A stretch of 46,737 bases of DNA from Burkholderiales bacterium (GTDB lineage Bacteria > Pseudomonadota > Gammaproteobacteria > Burkholderiales > SG8-41): contig JAYOED010000004.1 in the NCBI GenBank assembly GCA_038106575.1, positions 7,458-54,194 of the forward strand, in the 5' to 3' direction. The translations under genes were made by a program, and so were the position numbers. Shown piece by piece: positions 28,083 to 37,735 of the stretch; position 1 is the stretch's first letter; each line of letters opens with the position of its first letter. Under the pieces are notes generated by a model that did not search any database, was not told the origin of the DNA, and saw only the letters and a list, made by a program, of their open reading frames with translations.

Positions 28083-28853
28083 CTATTTTCCGGTAAATTT
28101 CGGTTTACGTTTTTCCTTGAATGCGGTCACGCCTTCGACATGGTCATGGGTCATGCGCGCGCCGCTGATTGCCATGACTTCCAGTTCCAGCAACTGCTCG
28201 AGTGTCGGTGTGTACATGTACTGGAACATGCGCTTGGCCAGGGTCAACGCGTACGTGGCCGATCCGGCAATCTCGCGCGCCAGTTCCTGCGCGGCGTTTT
28301 CCAGTTCGGTATCCGGCACGACCCTGCTGATCAGCCCCATGTCCTTTGCCTCCGCCGCGGGTAGCTTGCGCGCGCTGTAGACGATCTCCTTGGCCCGCGA
28401 GATGCCGAGATGCTGGGTCAGGAAAAAGATTGCGCCGCCGTCGGGTGGAATGCCGACATTCTTGAAGGCCATCAGCAGATAGGCGTTTTCACTGGCAATG
28501 ATGAGATCGCAGGCGAGCGCCATGCTGGCGCCAATGCCGGCTGCGGGTCCGCGGATGGCTGCGATCACCGGTTTTTCCAGGTGATGCAGGTTGATGATCA
28601 TCTTCTGGTGGCCCTTGGAACGTTTGCGGCCGCTGACCACGTCGTAGCCGCCCATAGAGCCGACGTCGCCACCGGCGCAGAAGGCGCGACCGGCGCCCGT
28701 GAGCACGACGGTGCGCACCGTATCGTCCGTATTCATTTGGGCGAATGCGTCGGCAAGGTCGTGATACATCTCGCCTGAAAGGGCATTGAGCTTGTCGGCG
28801 CGGTCGAGCAGGATCGTGGCAATGCCTTCATCGACGGTGATCTTGATGCTCAT
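28083..28853 (-). CDS. Enoyl-CoA hydratase/isomerase (crotonase; PaaG-like)
   Basis: AFCAGGDV, KPVIAAIRG, LACD, GIPPDGG, AFKEKRKPKF. Confidence 0.92.
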   Translation of the reverse strand: MSIKITVDEGIATILLDRADKLNALSGEMYHDLADAFAQMNTDDTVRTVVLTGAGRAFCAGGDVGSMGGYDVVSGRKRSKGHQKMIINLHHLEKPVIAAIRGPAAGIGASMALACDLIIASENAYLLMAFKNVGIPPDGGAIFFLTQHLGISRAKEIVYSARKLPAAEAKDMGLISRVVPDTELENAAQELAREIAGSATYALTLAKRMFQYMYTPTLEQLLELEVMAISGARMTHDHVEGVTAFKEKRKPKFTGK

Positions 28854-29857
28854 GAATGGCTTCCTTCATCGTCAGGCTGGCGAAGGGTCTGCAGTCGCTT
28901 CATCGCTTCATGTGCTTCAACTTCGATGCGTGCAACAATCGCCGCCACTGGTTCAATGCGGTCGGCAAATACCACGCCCTGGCCGCAGGAGAGCATGGCT
29001 TTTTCATAGTCGCCGGTTTCGTAGGCCTTGCGCGCGTGGGTGCCCATGATATGGGGCAGCAGCGTCGCGTTGTCCGCATGTTCCTGCTCAAGTTGCTGGA
29101 TCATCGCGACATGTTCGGTCTTCAGCGCGCGCTGGGTGTTGCGCATGCTTTGCAGCAGCAGCGTCGTGTCGGTTTCACTGGCACTGAGCAGCCGCTCCTT
29201 GTATTTGCGGTGGGACCAGATTTCCTCGGAGACCAGAAAACGCGTGCCCATCGCAACGCCGTCCGCGCCCATGGCTAGCGCTGCGACCAGCTGTGCGCCG
29301 GTACCGATGCCGCCGGCGACAATCAGCGGAATTTTGATGGTACGGGCAGCTGCGGTCGCGGCGACCATGGTGCCCACCGGTTCGACGCCGGGATGGCCGC
29401 CTGCTTCGGCGCCGACCACTGTTACCGCGTCGACACCCAGCGATTCGGCTTTTTTGGCGTAACGCACGCCCGGCACCTTGTGCAGCACGATGATGCCGGC
29501 ATCCTTCAGCCGCTTCAGGTACGGTTCGGGATTGTTGCCGGCGGTTTCAACGTATTTTACGCCTTCATCGAGTACGGCGTCGATCAGCGGATTGACGCGG
29601 TCGATGCCGTCGCGGCTTACGCGGATCATGATGTTGACGCCGAAGGGTTTGCCTGCGGCGAGTTCGCGGCAGCGACGGATGCCGGCGCGCAGCGCCGCCG
29701 GGTCGAAAAAACTCGCCGCGGTCATGAAGCCGATCAGCCCCGCACGTGCCACCGCGGCGACGTACACCGGCTCCGCCAGCCACATCAGCCCGCTGGCGAT
29801 GACCGGAAGACGGATGCCGTAGAGATCGGTGAGGCGTGTCTTGAAGGGCACGCTCAT
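28850..29857 (-). CDS. FMN-dependent nitronate monooxygenase / FabK-like enoyl-thioester reductase family
   Basis: KPFGVN, VETAG, GAEAGGHPG, AGGIG, GADGVAMGTRF, GQGV. Confidence 0.88.
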   Translation of the reverse strand: MSVPFKTRLTDLYGIRLPVIASGLMWLAEPVYVAAVARAGLIGFMTAASFFDPAALRAGIRRCRELAAGKPFGVNIMIRVSRDGIDRVNPLIDAVLDEGVKYVETAGNNPEPYLKRLKDAGIIVLHKVPGVRYAKKAESLGVDAVTVVGAEAGGHPGVEPVGTMVAATAAARTIKIPLIVAGGIGTGAQLVAALAMGADGVAMGTRFLVSEEIWSHRKYKERLLSASETDTTLLLQSMRNTQRALKTEHVAMIQQLEQEHADNATLLPHIMGTHARKAYETGDYEKAMLSCGQGVVFADRIEPVAAIVARIEVEAHEAMKRLQTLRQPDDEGSHS

Positions 29858-31974
29858 TTCAGCACTACCAGCGCGTCTGCGGCAACCACGCCGCCGGCAT
29901 TGACGAACAGCGGATTGATATCGATTTCGGCAATGCGGTCGGCATGATCTGCGGCCAGCAGAGACAATCTCGATATCGTATCGGCCAGCGCTGCGATGTT
30001 GCAGACGGGTTTTCCGCGGTAACCCTGCAGCAGCTTTGCTCCCTTGATGCCTTGAATCATGGTCATCGCGGTTTCAGCATCGAATGGCGCGTAGCGGTGG
30101 GTTACATCATGCATGATTTCGGTGAACACGCCGCCCAGACCCGCGGCGACCAGGGGACCGAAATGCGGGTCGTTGACGACACCGAGAATGACTTCCTCGC
30201 CGCCGGCCATCTGCTGGATCAGGATGCCGTCGATGCGTGCGTCGGCCTTGTACTGTTTCGCCTCAGTCAGTACTTCACGTGCCGCCTGTTTTAATGCGTC
30301 GAGGCTGTTGATATTGAGCCGAATCACGCAGGCCTCGGTCTTGTGGGGAATGTCGGCGGATTCGATTTTCACCGCCAGCGAAAACGGCAGCGGTGGGGCG
30401 GTCAGTTTTTCCACCGCTTCCGGGGTAAGCAGGACTTCCTCCGTGACCGGAATGCCGTAAGCCTTCAGCAGCAACTTTGAGGCATGCTCACCCAGGGTTC
30501 CGGTGGCAGGAAGATCCAGCTGTTGCGGTGCGACCAGCCGCTTTCCAGTACGTGCCTGCGTGGCTTCGAATTCGCTGCGCTTGCGCGAGAAGTCATGCAG
30601 CGCCGCCAGCGCGTCGACTGCGCGCCCCGGGGCAAGAATGCACGGTACGCCGTGCGTTTCCAGCCAGCCCAGTGCCTTCGCGTTGTCGTCCGGCGATGTC
30701 GGCCAGTTGAGGATCAGCGGCTTGTCGGTGTCCTGCAGCATGCCGACCAGGCCCTCGGCCCATTTCTGCACCACGCCGCCGCGCGGCGAGCGGGCGACGA
30801 TGGCATCGATGTTGGGATCGGCCAGCACCTCACGCATTGTATTGGTGTATGAGGCGAAGTTGTCGTTGTAGCCGTTGGCGGTGGTGTCGATGGGATTTTC
30901 GATGGAGGCGTAGGAGACCACGATGCCGCGCAGCCGTTCACGCGTGGCATCGCTGAGTTTGGGCAGCGTCAGGCCGCGGGATACACAGCGGTCGGCGAGC
31001 AGTACGCCGGCCCCACCCGAAAGGGTCATCACGCCGACACGGTTGCCGCGCGGCAGTTTTTTTGCGCGGAAAGCCTTGCAAATATCGATCAGGTCATCGA
31101 TGTCGTGTACTTCGATGAATCCGCCTTCGCGGAAGGCGGTGCGGAATAGTTCATAGCCTGCGGTCAGGCGGGCGGTATGTGAATTTGCAGCCTTGCTGCC
31201 GATGTCGGTGTTGCCGACTTTCCACACCAGCACCGGTTTGCCGAGTTCCAGCGCACGAGCGCCGAGGCGGCGCAGGCGTGTGCCCTCGGTGGTGCCTTCG
31301 AGGAACGCGGTGAGTATCTCGACGTCGGGACGCTCGATCAGGTATTCCATCCAGTCCAGTGCGGTGAGGTCGACCTCGTTGCCGGTGGAAACCACGTGGT
31401 TGAAGCCGAGGCCGTGATAGCAGCCGGTCGCCACCACGCCGAAACCGAATCCCCCCGACTGGGTGACCATCGCAATGGGGCCTGCTTTAAGTGTTTTCAG
31501 CTGGAGAGTGCCGCCGAATCCGAGCCGGTAGTTTTCGGTAAGGTTGGTCAGCCCCAGGCAATTGGGGCCCACTACACGCACGCCGCTGGACTCGATTGCA
31601 GCCAGCAGTTTTTCATTCAGCGCGCGGCCGGCGTCTCCGGCTTCGCCGAAACCTGCAGAAAGTATCAATGCGAAAGGAATACCTGCTTTGCCGCACTGTT
31701 CGATGGCGGCGGGCACCAGGGAGGCCGACAGTGCGATGAGCGCGACATCGCATGGCTTTGGCACCGCAGTTACGTTGGGATAGCAGGACAGTTCCCTGAT
31801 TTCGTAGTACTTGGGATTGACCGGATAAATTTTTCCCGTATAGCCGTATTCCATCAGCAGCTTAATTGGCTGGCCGCCGATGCGTCCCATATCGGCTGAA
31901 GCGCCGACGACGGCAACACCGCGCGGACTCAGTAGTCTCGACAGATCGGGAGTGGCTTGCCCGGTTGACCTCAT
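29854..31974 (-). CDS. NDP-forming acyl-CoA synthetase (acetate--CoA ligase family, fused alpha/beta)
   Basis: VAVVGAS, YPVNP, GPNCLG, TQSGG, VSTGNE, SHTA (phospho-His), NPID, and ATP-grasp C-terminus (HKTE, EIDINP). Confidence 0.92.
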   Translation of the reverse strand: MRSTGQATPDLSRLLSPRGVAVVGASADMGRIGGQPIKLLMEYGYTGKIYPVNPKYYEIRELSCYPNVTAVPKPCDVALIALSASLVPAAIEQCGKAGIPFALILSAGFGEAGDAGRALNEKLLAAIESSGVRVVGPNCLGLTNLTENYRLGFGGTLQLKTLKAGPIAMVTQSGGFGFGVVATGCYHGLGFNHVVSTGNEVDLTALDWMEYLIERPDVEILTAFLEGTTEGTRLRRLGARALELGKPVLVWKVGNTDIGSKAANSHTARLTAGYELFRTAFREGGFIEVHDIDDLIDICKAFRAKKLPRGNRVGVMTLSGGAGVLLADRCVSRGLTLPKLSDATRERLRGIVVSYASIENPIDTTANGYNDNFASYTNTMREVLADPNIDAIVARSPRGGVVQKWAEGLVGMLQDTDKPLILNWPTSPDDNAKALGWLETHGVPCILAPGRAVDALAALHDFSRKRSEFEATQARTGKRLVAPQQLDLPATGTLGEHASKLLLKAYGIPVTEEVLLTPEAVEKLTAPPLPFSLAVKIESADIPHKTEACVIRLNINSLDALKQAAREVLTEAKQYKADARIDGILIQQMAGGEEVILGVVNDPHFGPLVAAGLGGVFTEIMHDVTHRYAPFDAETAMTMIQGIKGAKLLQGYRGKPVCNIAALADTISRLSLLAADHADRIAEIDINPLFVNAGGVVAADALVVLK

Positions 31975-32088
31975 CTCGGCATCAATCCACCCGCATGTGC
32001 CGGCAAGGCGATTGGCACGAGCAGCAGGGCGAGTGAAATTATCTTGTGAATGTTGTGCTCCCGGAAATAGTTATTAAATCCAGTTGAT

Positions 32089-32703
32089 TTATTGGTCGAT
32101 ATGACGTGTTACAAGCATTGCGGGACGCTGATTGAAGCCGTCAAACCATACCGAAAGCCGGTTGTTTCCGTGACGCCAGCTCTGGCTGGTGAACCGGAAG
32201 TCAGCGTAACCCAGTGCGCAGCCGATGGCGACATGCCCGATGTCTACCTGTGTTGCTGCGAGCTCGCCGGCTTCGCGTTCAAGCGCAGTCACCGCGTTAC
32301 ACACCTTGAGTTCAAATGCGGCGAGCATTTCCGGAGATTGCTGCGGTTGCGGCCGAAGTTGTTCATTGCGCCACAGCATCAGGTTGTCCATCAGATTGTT
32401 GCCCAATGCATGGCGTCGCAGTGCCGTCCAGCGCGCAGCGCCTTCAGCTGGAAAGAGTTTGCGACCGTCGTGCAGGCTGTCAAGGTATTCGCAGATCACC
32501 GTCGAATCGTAGAGAGCAGTTCCGTCATCCAGCACTAGTGTTGGGATTTTTCCCAGCGGATTAGTTTTCAGAAGTTCGAGGTTGGGATTGGTCATGGCCA
32601 CCTTCGTGCGTACGCATTCGAAGCGTTCTGCAAGTCCGCACTCGTGAGCAAAAATCATGACCTTGCGCACGAACGGCGAACGCGAGGACCAGTGCAGTTT
32701 CAA
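32089..32703 (-). CDS. Glutathione S-transferase family protein
   Basis: SRSPFVRKV, NPLGKIPTL, LYDSTVICEYLD, CALGY. TTG start at 32703 overlaps the upstream stop (TTGA). Confidence 0.9.
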   Translation of the reverse strand: MKLHWSSRSPFVRKVMIFAHECGLAERFECVRTKVAMTNPNLELLKTNPLGKIPTLVLDDGTALYDSTVICEYLDSLHDGRKLFPAEGAARWTALRRHALGNNLMDNLMLWRNEQLRPQPQQSPEMLAAFELKVCNAVTALEREAGELAATQVDIGHVAIGCALGYADFRFTSQSWRHGNNRLSVWFDGFNQRPAMLVTRHIDQ

Positions 32704-33485
32704 GGCAACCGCTTCATGTAGGCGACGATGGCCTCGGCCACCGCTACCGGTTGCTCGGGAAGCAGGGCGTGCGCGGCGTTGTCGATGCTGACAATCTGTA
32801 CACGGTCTGCGCCCCATTCATCTCGATAGCAATTGATGCTTTCCGGCGGCGACAGTGGATCGTTGAGCGCCAGCACATCAAGCACCGGAACCTTGCCGGC
32901 AGTCCACCACTCCGGTTTTGGCGTGGCTTCAGTGGCAGCGCGTTCAGCGTGCATCACGTCTTCGTCCCAGCCCCCGAGCCAGACGCGAGCATCATTGCCC
33001 GGCGCGAAGAAGACGTGCTGCAGGTGTTTCAGCCGCACGTCTTCTGGCAGGCGCATCATGTGGCATTTATTGATGGAGTCACGCAGATCTGCGGCCAGCG
33101 GCCAGGTATGTGTCGCGGCGAGCAGGATCACCCCGCGGGTGAGTTGCGGGTAGTCCGCTCCCATCGTGCGCGCGACGAAATTGCCGAAGGCATGACCGGC
33201 AACCACGGCCTGCCCGCCGCCATCGTGTTCGATTACCGCAGCGACATCCCGCGCGTAGTCGTGCAGCGTGATGTTACGCAGTGGACCGCTGCTGCCGCCG
33301 AGTCCCCGCGGTTCCGGGCACAGCACGCGGAAACCCTGGGCTGCGATTTTTTCGGCGATGATGTCGAAATCGGCGGCGCTGCGACCCAGAGAGGGAAACA
33401 TCACCAGGCGCGGTCCGCTGCCTTGAGCGTGGACAGCGATTTGGCCGGAATCATGATGTACAACGTAGGTCTGGGGTGAGGGCAT
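32700..33485 (-). CDS. Alpha/beta-hydrolase fold protein (GHAFG elbow)
   Basis: PSLGR, EPRGLGGS, AGHAFGN, NDP, AAHALLPEQP. Confidence 0.85.
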   Translation of the reverse strand: MPSPQTYVVHHDSGQIAVHAQGSGPRLVMFPSLGRSAADFDIIAEKIAAQGFRVLCPEPRGLGGSSGPLRNITLHDYARDVAAVIEHDGGGQAVVAGHAFGNFVARTMGADYPQLTRGVILLAATHTWPLAADLRDSINKCHMMRLPEDVRLKHLQHVFFAPGNDARVWLGGWDEDVMHAERAATEATPKPEWWTAGKVPVLDVLALNDPLSPPESINCYRDEWGADRVQIVSIDNAAHALLPEQPVAVAEAIVAYMKRLP

Positions 33486-33669
33486 GGGGATGAAATGATG
33501 AGAATGCGCTGATTGGCGATTCTACCGTCCCGGCATGGCCGCATCGCCATGGCTTTCCAACATGTGGGGCAAGTGACTTTTTTTAGGTCAATGGCGTTGT
33601 CGCGGTGCGCAGGCGCCACCTATAATCAAAGGCCTAACCCGCAATTACCAGTTATAAGTTGTACACCAA

Positions 33670-34121
33670 TAAAACGACGTGAAGAAGCATTATTAAGCGT
33701 ATTGTGTCTGGCATTTTGCGCAGTGGTTTCTGGATGCTCGTGCTGGCGATGATTGCGCGTCCGGCAGGCACCGATCCCGGGGCGCTGTAGATCGTGGTTT
33801 ATACATCTGGAGGCGCCTGCAGCTTCAGGGCGGCAAGATCTGCGTGCTCGGTTTGAGTTCGCCGCAGCGTCTCGCTGGCGTGTTCGCGAATGCGCCTACC
33901 TTCCGCGAACAGGTTATTGATGCGGTGTATTCGGCGTGGCGCGGGTTTCTCGGACCTAAGGGTTTGCGCGCATCGTGGAGGATTAGGACTAGAAGGCTGA
34001 GCTTGAAAAGAATGCCTGGTGTCGCGAGTTGAAGGGCGTGTCCGAGGCGCGCAGGTGCCTCGAGTAAGAACACTGCCTGCTTGAAAAAATCCTGGCCGGG
34101 CTGGGCCTGGTCAAACGTTAA
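33670..34121 (+). pseudogene. Decayed TctC/Bug substrate-binding protein remnant
   Basis: Fragments in shifting frames: signal-like LLSVLCLAFCAVVSG; LAMIARPAGTDPGAL*IVVYTSGG; GKICVLGLSSPQRLAGVFANAPTFREQVIDAVYSAWRGFLGPKGL; LEKNAW...LE*EHCLLEKILAGLGLVKR*. Confidence 0.75.
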
Positions 34122-34142
34122 CAAACTTTTTCAGGAATCCGC

Positions 34143-35846
34143 ATGGCCGAGAAAACCCATCCCGTGTCACAGCCGCAGAGTTGGGAGCTGATCGTTGAAA
34201 AAGATGTGCCTATCACGCTGCGTGACGGCGCAGTGATTTATTGCGATGTGCTGCGTCCGGATTGCCGGGAGAAGGTGCCGGCGCTGATGAATATCGGGCC
34301 GTACCAGAAGGACAAGCTGTGGCGGCCGCCGGCGGATCTCGAGGAAGCGGCGAATCCATATCTAAACTGGGAAACCGCCAATCCGCTGTGGTGGTGTCCG
34401 CGCGGCTATGCGCTGATCCGTGTCGATTCGCGCGGCTCCGGCAAGTCCCCTGGTCAGTCAGATCCCAATTCCTACCAGGAAGCTGTCGATTTTTACGACG
34501 CTATCGAATGGGCAGCGAAACTTCCCTGGTGCTCCGGCAAGATCGGCACGACTGGCGTGTCCTATCACGCCAACTGCCAGTGGCGGGTGGCCAATCTGCA
34601 GCCGCCGTCACTGAAGGCGATACTGCCGTGGGAAGGGCGTGCTGATCTCTACCGCGACCAGGCCTATCACGGCGGCATTTTTGCTATGGGGTTCATCTCC
34701 AGCTGGCATAACACCCAGACCGCACATCACCTTTTGGGGCGGCCGCGCGGCTACAACCCCAACGCCTTCCGCAACGACTTGCTGTGGAACTGGATGAGCA
34801 ACAACCTCGACTCCGAGTATTGGCGGGTGCGCAGTGCGCAGTGGGAGAAGATCAACGTGCCGGTGTTCAGCGCCGGAAACTGGGGCGGCTTCTCGCTGCA
34901 CCTGCGCGGCAACATCGAAGGCTTCGTCAATGCCGCGTCGAAATATAAAAAGCTCAGGGTGCATACCGGTTCGCATTTTCATCCATTCCATTCCGAAGAA
35001 GGGCGACTCGACCAGCTGCGCTGGTTTGACTACTGGCTTAAGGGAATCGACACCGGGATCATGGACGAGCCGCCGGTCAAGATCGAGGTGCGCACTGGCG
35101 GCAGTACCAAACCCTACAAATTCCGCTACGAGAACGAGTGGCCGCTGGCGCGTACCCAGTGGAAGAAAATGTATTTGAACATCGAGCGTGCGCAGGGCAG
35201 AGATATCGACAGCGTCGAAGGCGCGCTGGATGAAAAGGCTCCTGCCAAGGAATCGAAGCTTGCCTATTCCGCCAGCGGTATCACCAAGGCCGGTGTCGCA
35301 TCTTCATCGACTGCATTGATGCTGGCCGCGCAGAACAAGATGGGCGTCGCGTTCGAGACGCCACCGCTGAAAGAGGATACCGAGATTACCGGGCCGCTGA
35401 TGCTCAACCTCTGGGTGTCGAGTTCGACCGAAGACATGGACATCATGGTGACTTTGCGCAACATCGACCCCGATGGCAAGGATGTGTGCGAGGTCGGACA
35501 GCAGGGACAGTCGGTGCCGGCGGTGACCAAAGGCTGGCTGCGCGCCTCGCACCGCAAGCTCGATCAGGCGCGTACGCTGCCGTACCGGCCTTTCCACGCG
35601 CACAACGAGCGGCAGTGGCTGCAGCCGGATGAGGTGGTCGAATGTCAGGTCGAAATCTGGCCGACCTGCATGGTGTTCAGGAAGGGACACAAGATCCGCA
35701 TCGACATCCAGTCGCGCGACGGCGCCGGCAGCCAGATGTACGGTCACTATCACGCCGATTACAACCTCGGCGCCGAGAACACGATTTACTCAGGCGGCGA
35801 CCGCCTGTCTTATCTGCTGCTGCCGGTGATCCCGGCGAAAGCTTGA
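34143..35846 (+). CDS. CocE/NonD family serine hydrolase
   Basis: ITLRDG, PYQK, DSRGSGKS, DAIEW, GVSYHA (GxSY nucleophile), WFDYWLKG, C-terminal jelly-roll (GWLRASHR). Confidence 0.92.
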   Translation: MAEKTHPVSQPQSWELIVEKDVPITLRDGAVIYCDVLRPDCREKVPALMNIGPYQKDKLWRPPADLEEAANPYLNWETANPLWWCPRGYALIRVDSRGSGKSPGQSDPNSYQEAVDFYDAIEWAAKLPWCSGKIGTTGVSYHANCQWRVANLQPPSLKAILPWEGRADLYRDQAYHGGIFAMGFISSWHNTQTAHHLLGRPRGYNPNAFRNDLLWNWMSNNLDSEYWRVRSAQWEKINVPVFSAGNWGGFSLHLRGNIEGFVNAASKYKKLRVHTGSHFHPFHSEEGRLDQLRWFDYWLKGIDTGIMDEPPVKIEVRTGGSTKPYKFRYENEWPLARTQWKKMYLNIERAQGRDIDSVEGALDEKAPAKESKLAYSASGITKAGVASSSTALMLAAQNKMGVAFETPPLKEDTEITGPLMLNLWVSSSTEDMDIMVTLRNIDPDGKDVCEVGQQGQSVPAVTKGWLRASHRKLDQARTLPYRPFHAHNERQWLQPDEVVECQVEIWPTCMVFRKGHKIRIDIQSRDGAGSQMYGHYHADYNLGAENTIYSGGDRLSYLLLPVIPAKA

Positions 35847-35868
35847 CGAAGATCACAGGAATCCGACG

Positions 35869-36729
35869 ATGCCTTACACCACAATCAACGAACTGAAAAT
35901 CAATTATGAGATCGCCGGCTCGGGCACGCCGCTGCTGATGTTTGCTCCGGGTGGATTCGGCTCGACCATCGCGCGCTGGACCGCTGCAGGTGGCAAGCGC
36001 GAGTGGAAAGAAATGGATGGACTGGCGGCCTTGTCGAAGCATTTCAGGACCATTGCCTACGACCGGCGCGAAGCCGGATTTTCCGGGGGGCGCGTCGAGG
36101 CCCTGACGTGGGAACACTACGTGCAGGAAGCCATGGCCATGCTGGAGCATGCCGGAGAGAAAAAGGCGCTGATCCTCGGCAGCTGCATGGGCGCCGCACT
36201 GGCCACCGCATTCGCCGAACGCCATCCACAGGCCTGTCTTGGGCTCTATTTGCACTGGCCGGTGGGAGGCTATCGCTGGCTGCTGAAGGGCAGAAATTTT
36301 TTCCAGCGCCATATGGATTTCGTCAAGGCCAACGGCTTTGCAGCAGTGGTAAAGCGCGCGCCTGAGAAACGCAGTTTCTGGGAAGACGCCGAAATCGGGC
36401 CCTGGGGTTCGCCGACGGTACACGATGCCGAATTCGCGGCGCAGTATGTCAAGCAGGACATGGATCGCTATTTCGGCATCTGTAGACAGACCCGGGATGC
36501 GCTTTTCAATGATACCCAGTTTTCCGGTGCCGGTCCCGAGGTACTGATGAAGATGGACATCCCCACCTTCATCCAGTCCGGCTACGACTCCTCGCATGCC
36601 CACTCGGCGTCCTGGGCGACGAAGGAATTAATGCCGAATGCGGAGTTGTGGGATGTACTGCCGCCGCATCAGAACGGGGTCAACACGCTGGAGCAGATAC
36701 TCCGCTTCAAGGCTAGTTTGAATTTGTAG
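35869..36729 (+). CDS. Alpha/beta-hydrolase fold protein (GSCMG elbow)
   Basis: GSGTPLLMFAPGG, YDRREAGFS, ILGSCMG, IPTFIQSGYD. Confidence 0.85.
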   Translation: MPYTTINELKINYEIAGSGTPLLMFAPGGFGSTIARWTAAGGKREWKEMDGLAALSKHFRTIAYDRREAGFSGGRVEALTWEHYVQEAMAMLEHAGEKKALILGSCMGAALATAFAERHPQACLGLYLHWPVGGYRWLLKGRNFFQRHMDFVKANGFAAVVKRAPEKRSFWEDAEIGPWGSPTVHDAEFAAQYVKQDMDRYFGICRQTRDALFNDTQFSGAGPEVLMKMDIPTFIQSGYDSSHAHSASWATKELMPNAELWDVLPPHQNGVNTLEQILRFKASLNL

Positions 36730-36758
36730 TCGTCATATAAAACCAAAAGGAGGAAACA

Positions 36759-37727
36759 ATGAAAACATGGATCAATACCATTCTGCTGGCGGCGGCTGCA
36801 CTGCCTTGGCTTAGCATCAACGCAATGGCTGCGGATTTTCCGGCGCGGCCGATCCGTATTGTCGTCGGCTTCACGCCCGGCGGGCAGCCTGACATTTTTT
36901 CGCGGATGATCGGCAACAAACTCAGTGAGACTCTGGGGCAACCGATTGTCATCGACAACCGGCCGGGCGCCGGCGGTTCGATAGGCACCAAGATTGTTGC
37001 CGATGCGACGCCGGACGGGCACACGCTGCTTTGTGTGTCTGCGTCGCATGTTATTGCACCCAACGTGCGCAAGCTGCCTTATGACCCGCAAAAGGATTTC
37101 TCCGGCATCACGCAGATTTACAACGCTTCCTATCTGCTGGTGGCTGCGCCCGCGCTCAAGCTCAAGAATGTCAAGGAGCTGATTGCATTGGCCAAAGCCA
37201 GACCGGGCTCGCTCAACTTCGGTTCCGCAGGAACCGGCAGCGGCACCCACTTTGCCGCGGAAGTGTTCAAGGCTGCCGCGAAGATTGATGTCGTGCATGT
37301 GCCTTACAAGGGCATTCCCGAGCCGATGAATGCGACGATGGCCAATCGAGTGCAGTTCTTCATGGCGCCTCTTGCCAGTTCGGTAAGCCTGGTGCGTGCG
37401 GGGAGGCTGACATCGATCGGCGTTACCTCCGCGAAGCGCGTGGCGATTTATCCGGATATCCCATCGCTGGCCGAATCCGGTCTGCCCGGATTCTCGTTTG
37501 ACTCCTGGGGCGGTTTGCTGGCGCCGTCGAAAACGCCCAGAGCCATTGTCAACCGCCTGAATCGCGAAGTAACCGCGGTGCTCAAGTCTGCCGAGATCAC
37601 AAAAAGCATGCGTGCCCTGGGTGCTGAGCCCGCGCCGATGTCCCCGGAAGTCTTTGACCGGAAAATCGCCAAGGAACTGCGCGAAATCGCCGCCATTGCA
37701 AAAAGCGCCGGCATCCGGCCGCAGTAA
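36759..37727 (+). CDS. Bug/TctC substrate-binding protein
   Basis: Signal peptide, FPARPIRIVVGFTPGG, DNRPGAGG, PDGHTL, HVPYKG. Confidence 0.93.
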   Translation: MKTWINTILLAAAALPWLSINAMAADFPARPIRIVVGFTPGGQPDIFSRMIGNKLSETLGQPIVIDNRPGAGGSIGTKIVADATPDGHTLLCVSASHVIAPNVRKLPYDPQKDFSGITQIYNASYLLVAAPALKLKNVKELIALAKARPGSLNFGSAGTGSGTHFAAEVFKAAAKIDVVHVPYKGIPEPMNATMANRVQFFMAPLASSVSLVRAGRLTSIGVTSAKRVAIYPDIPSLAESGLPGFSFDSWGGLLAPSKTPRAIVNRLNREVTAVLKSAEITKSMRALGAEPAPMSPEVFDRKIAKELREIAAIAKSAGIRPQ

Positions 37728-37735
37728 TACCTTTC

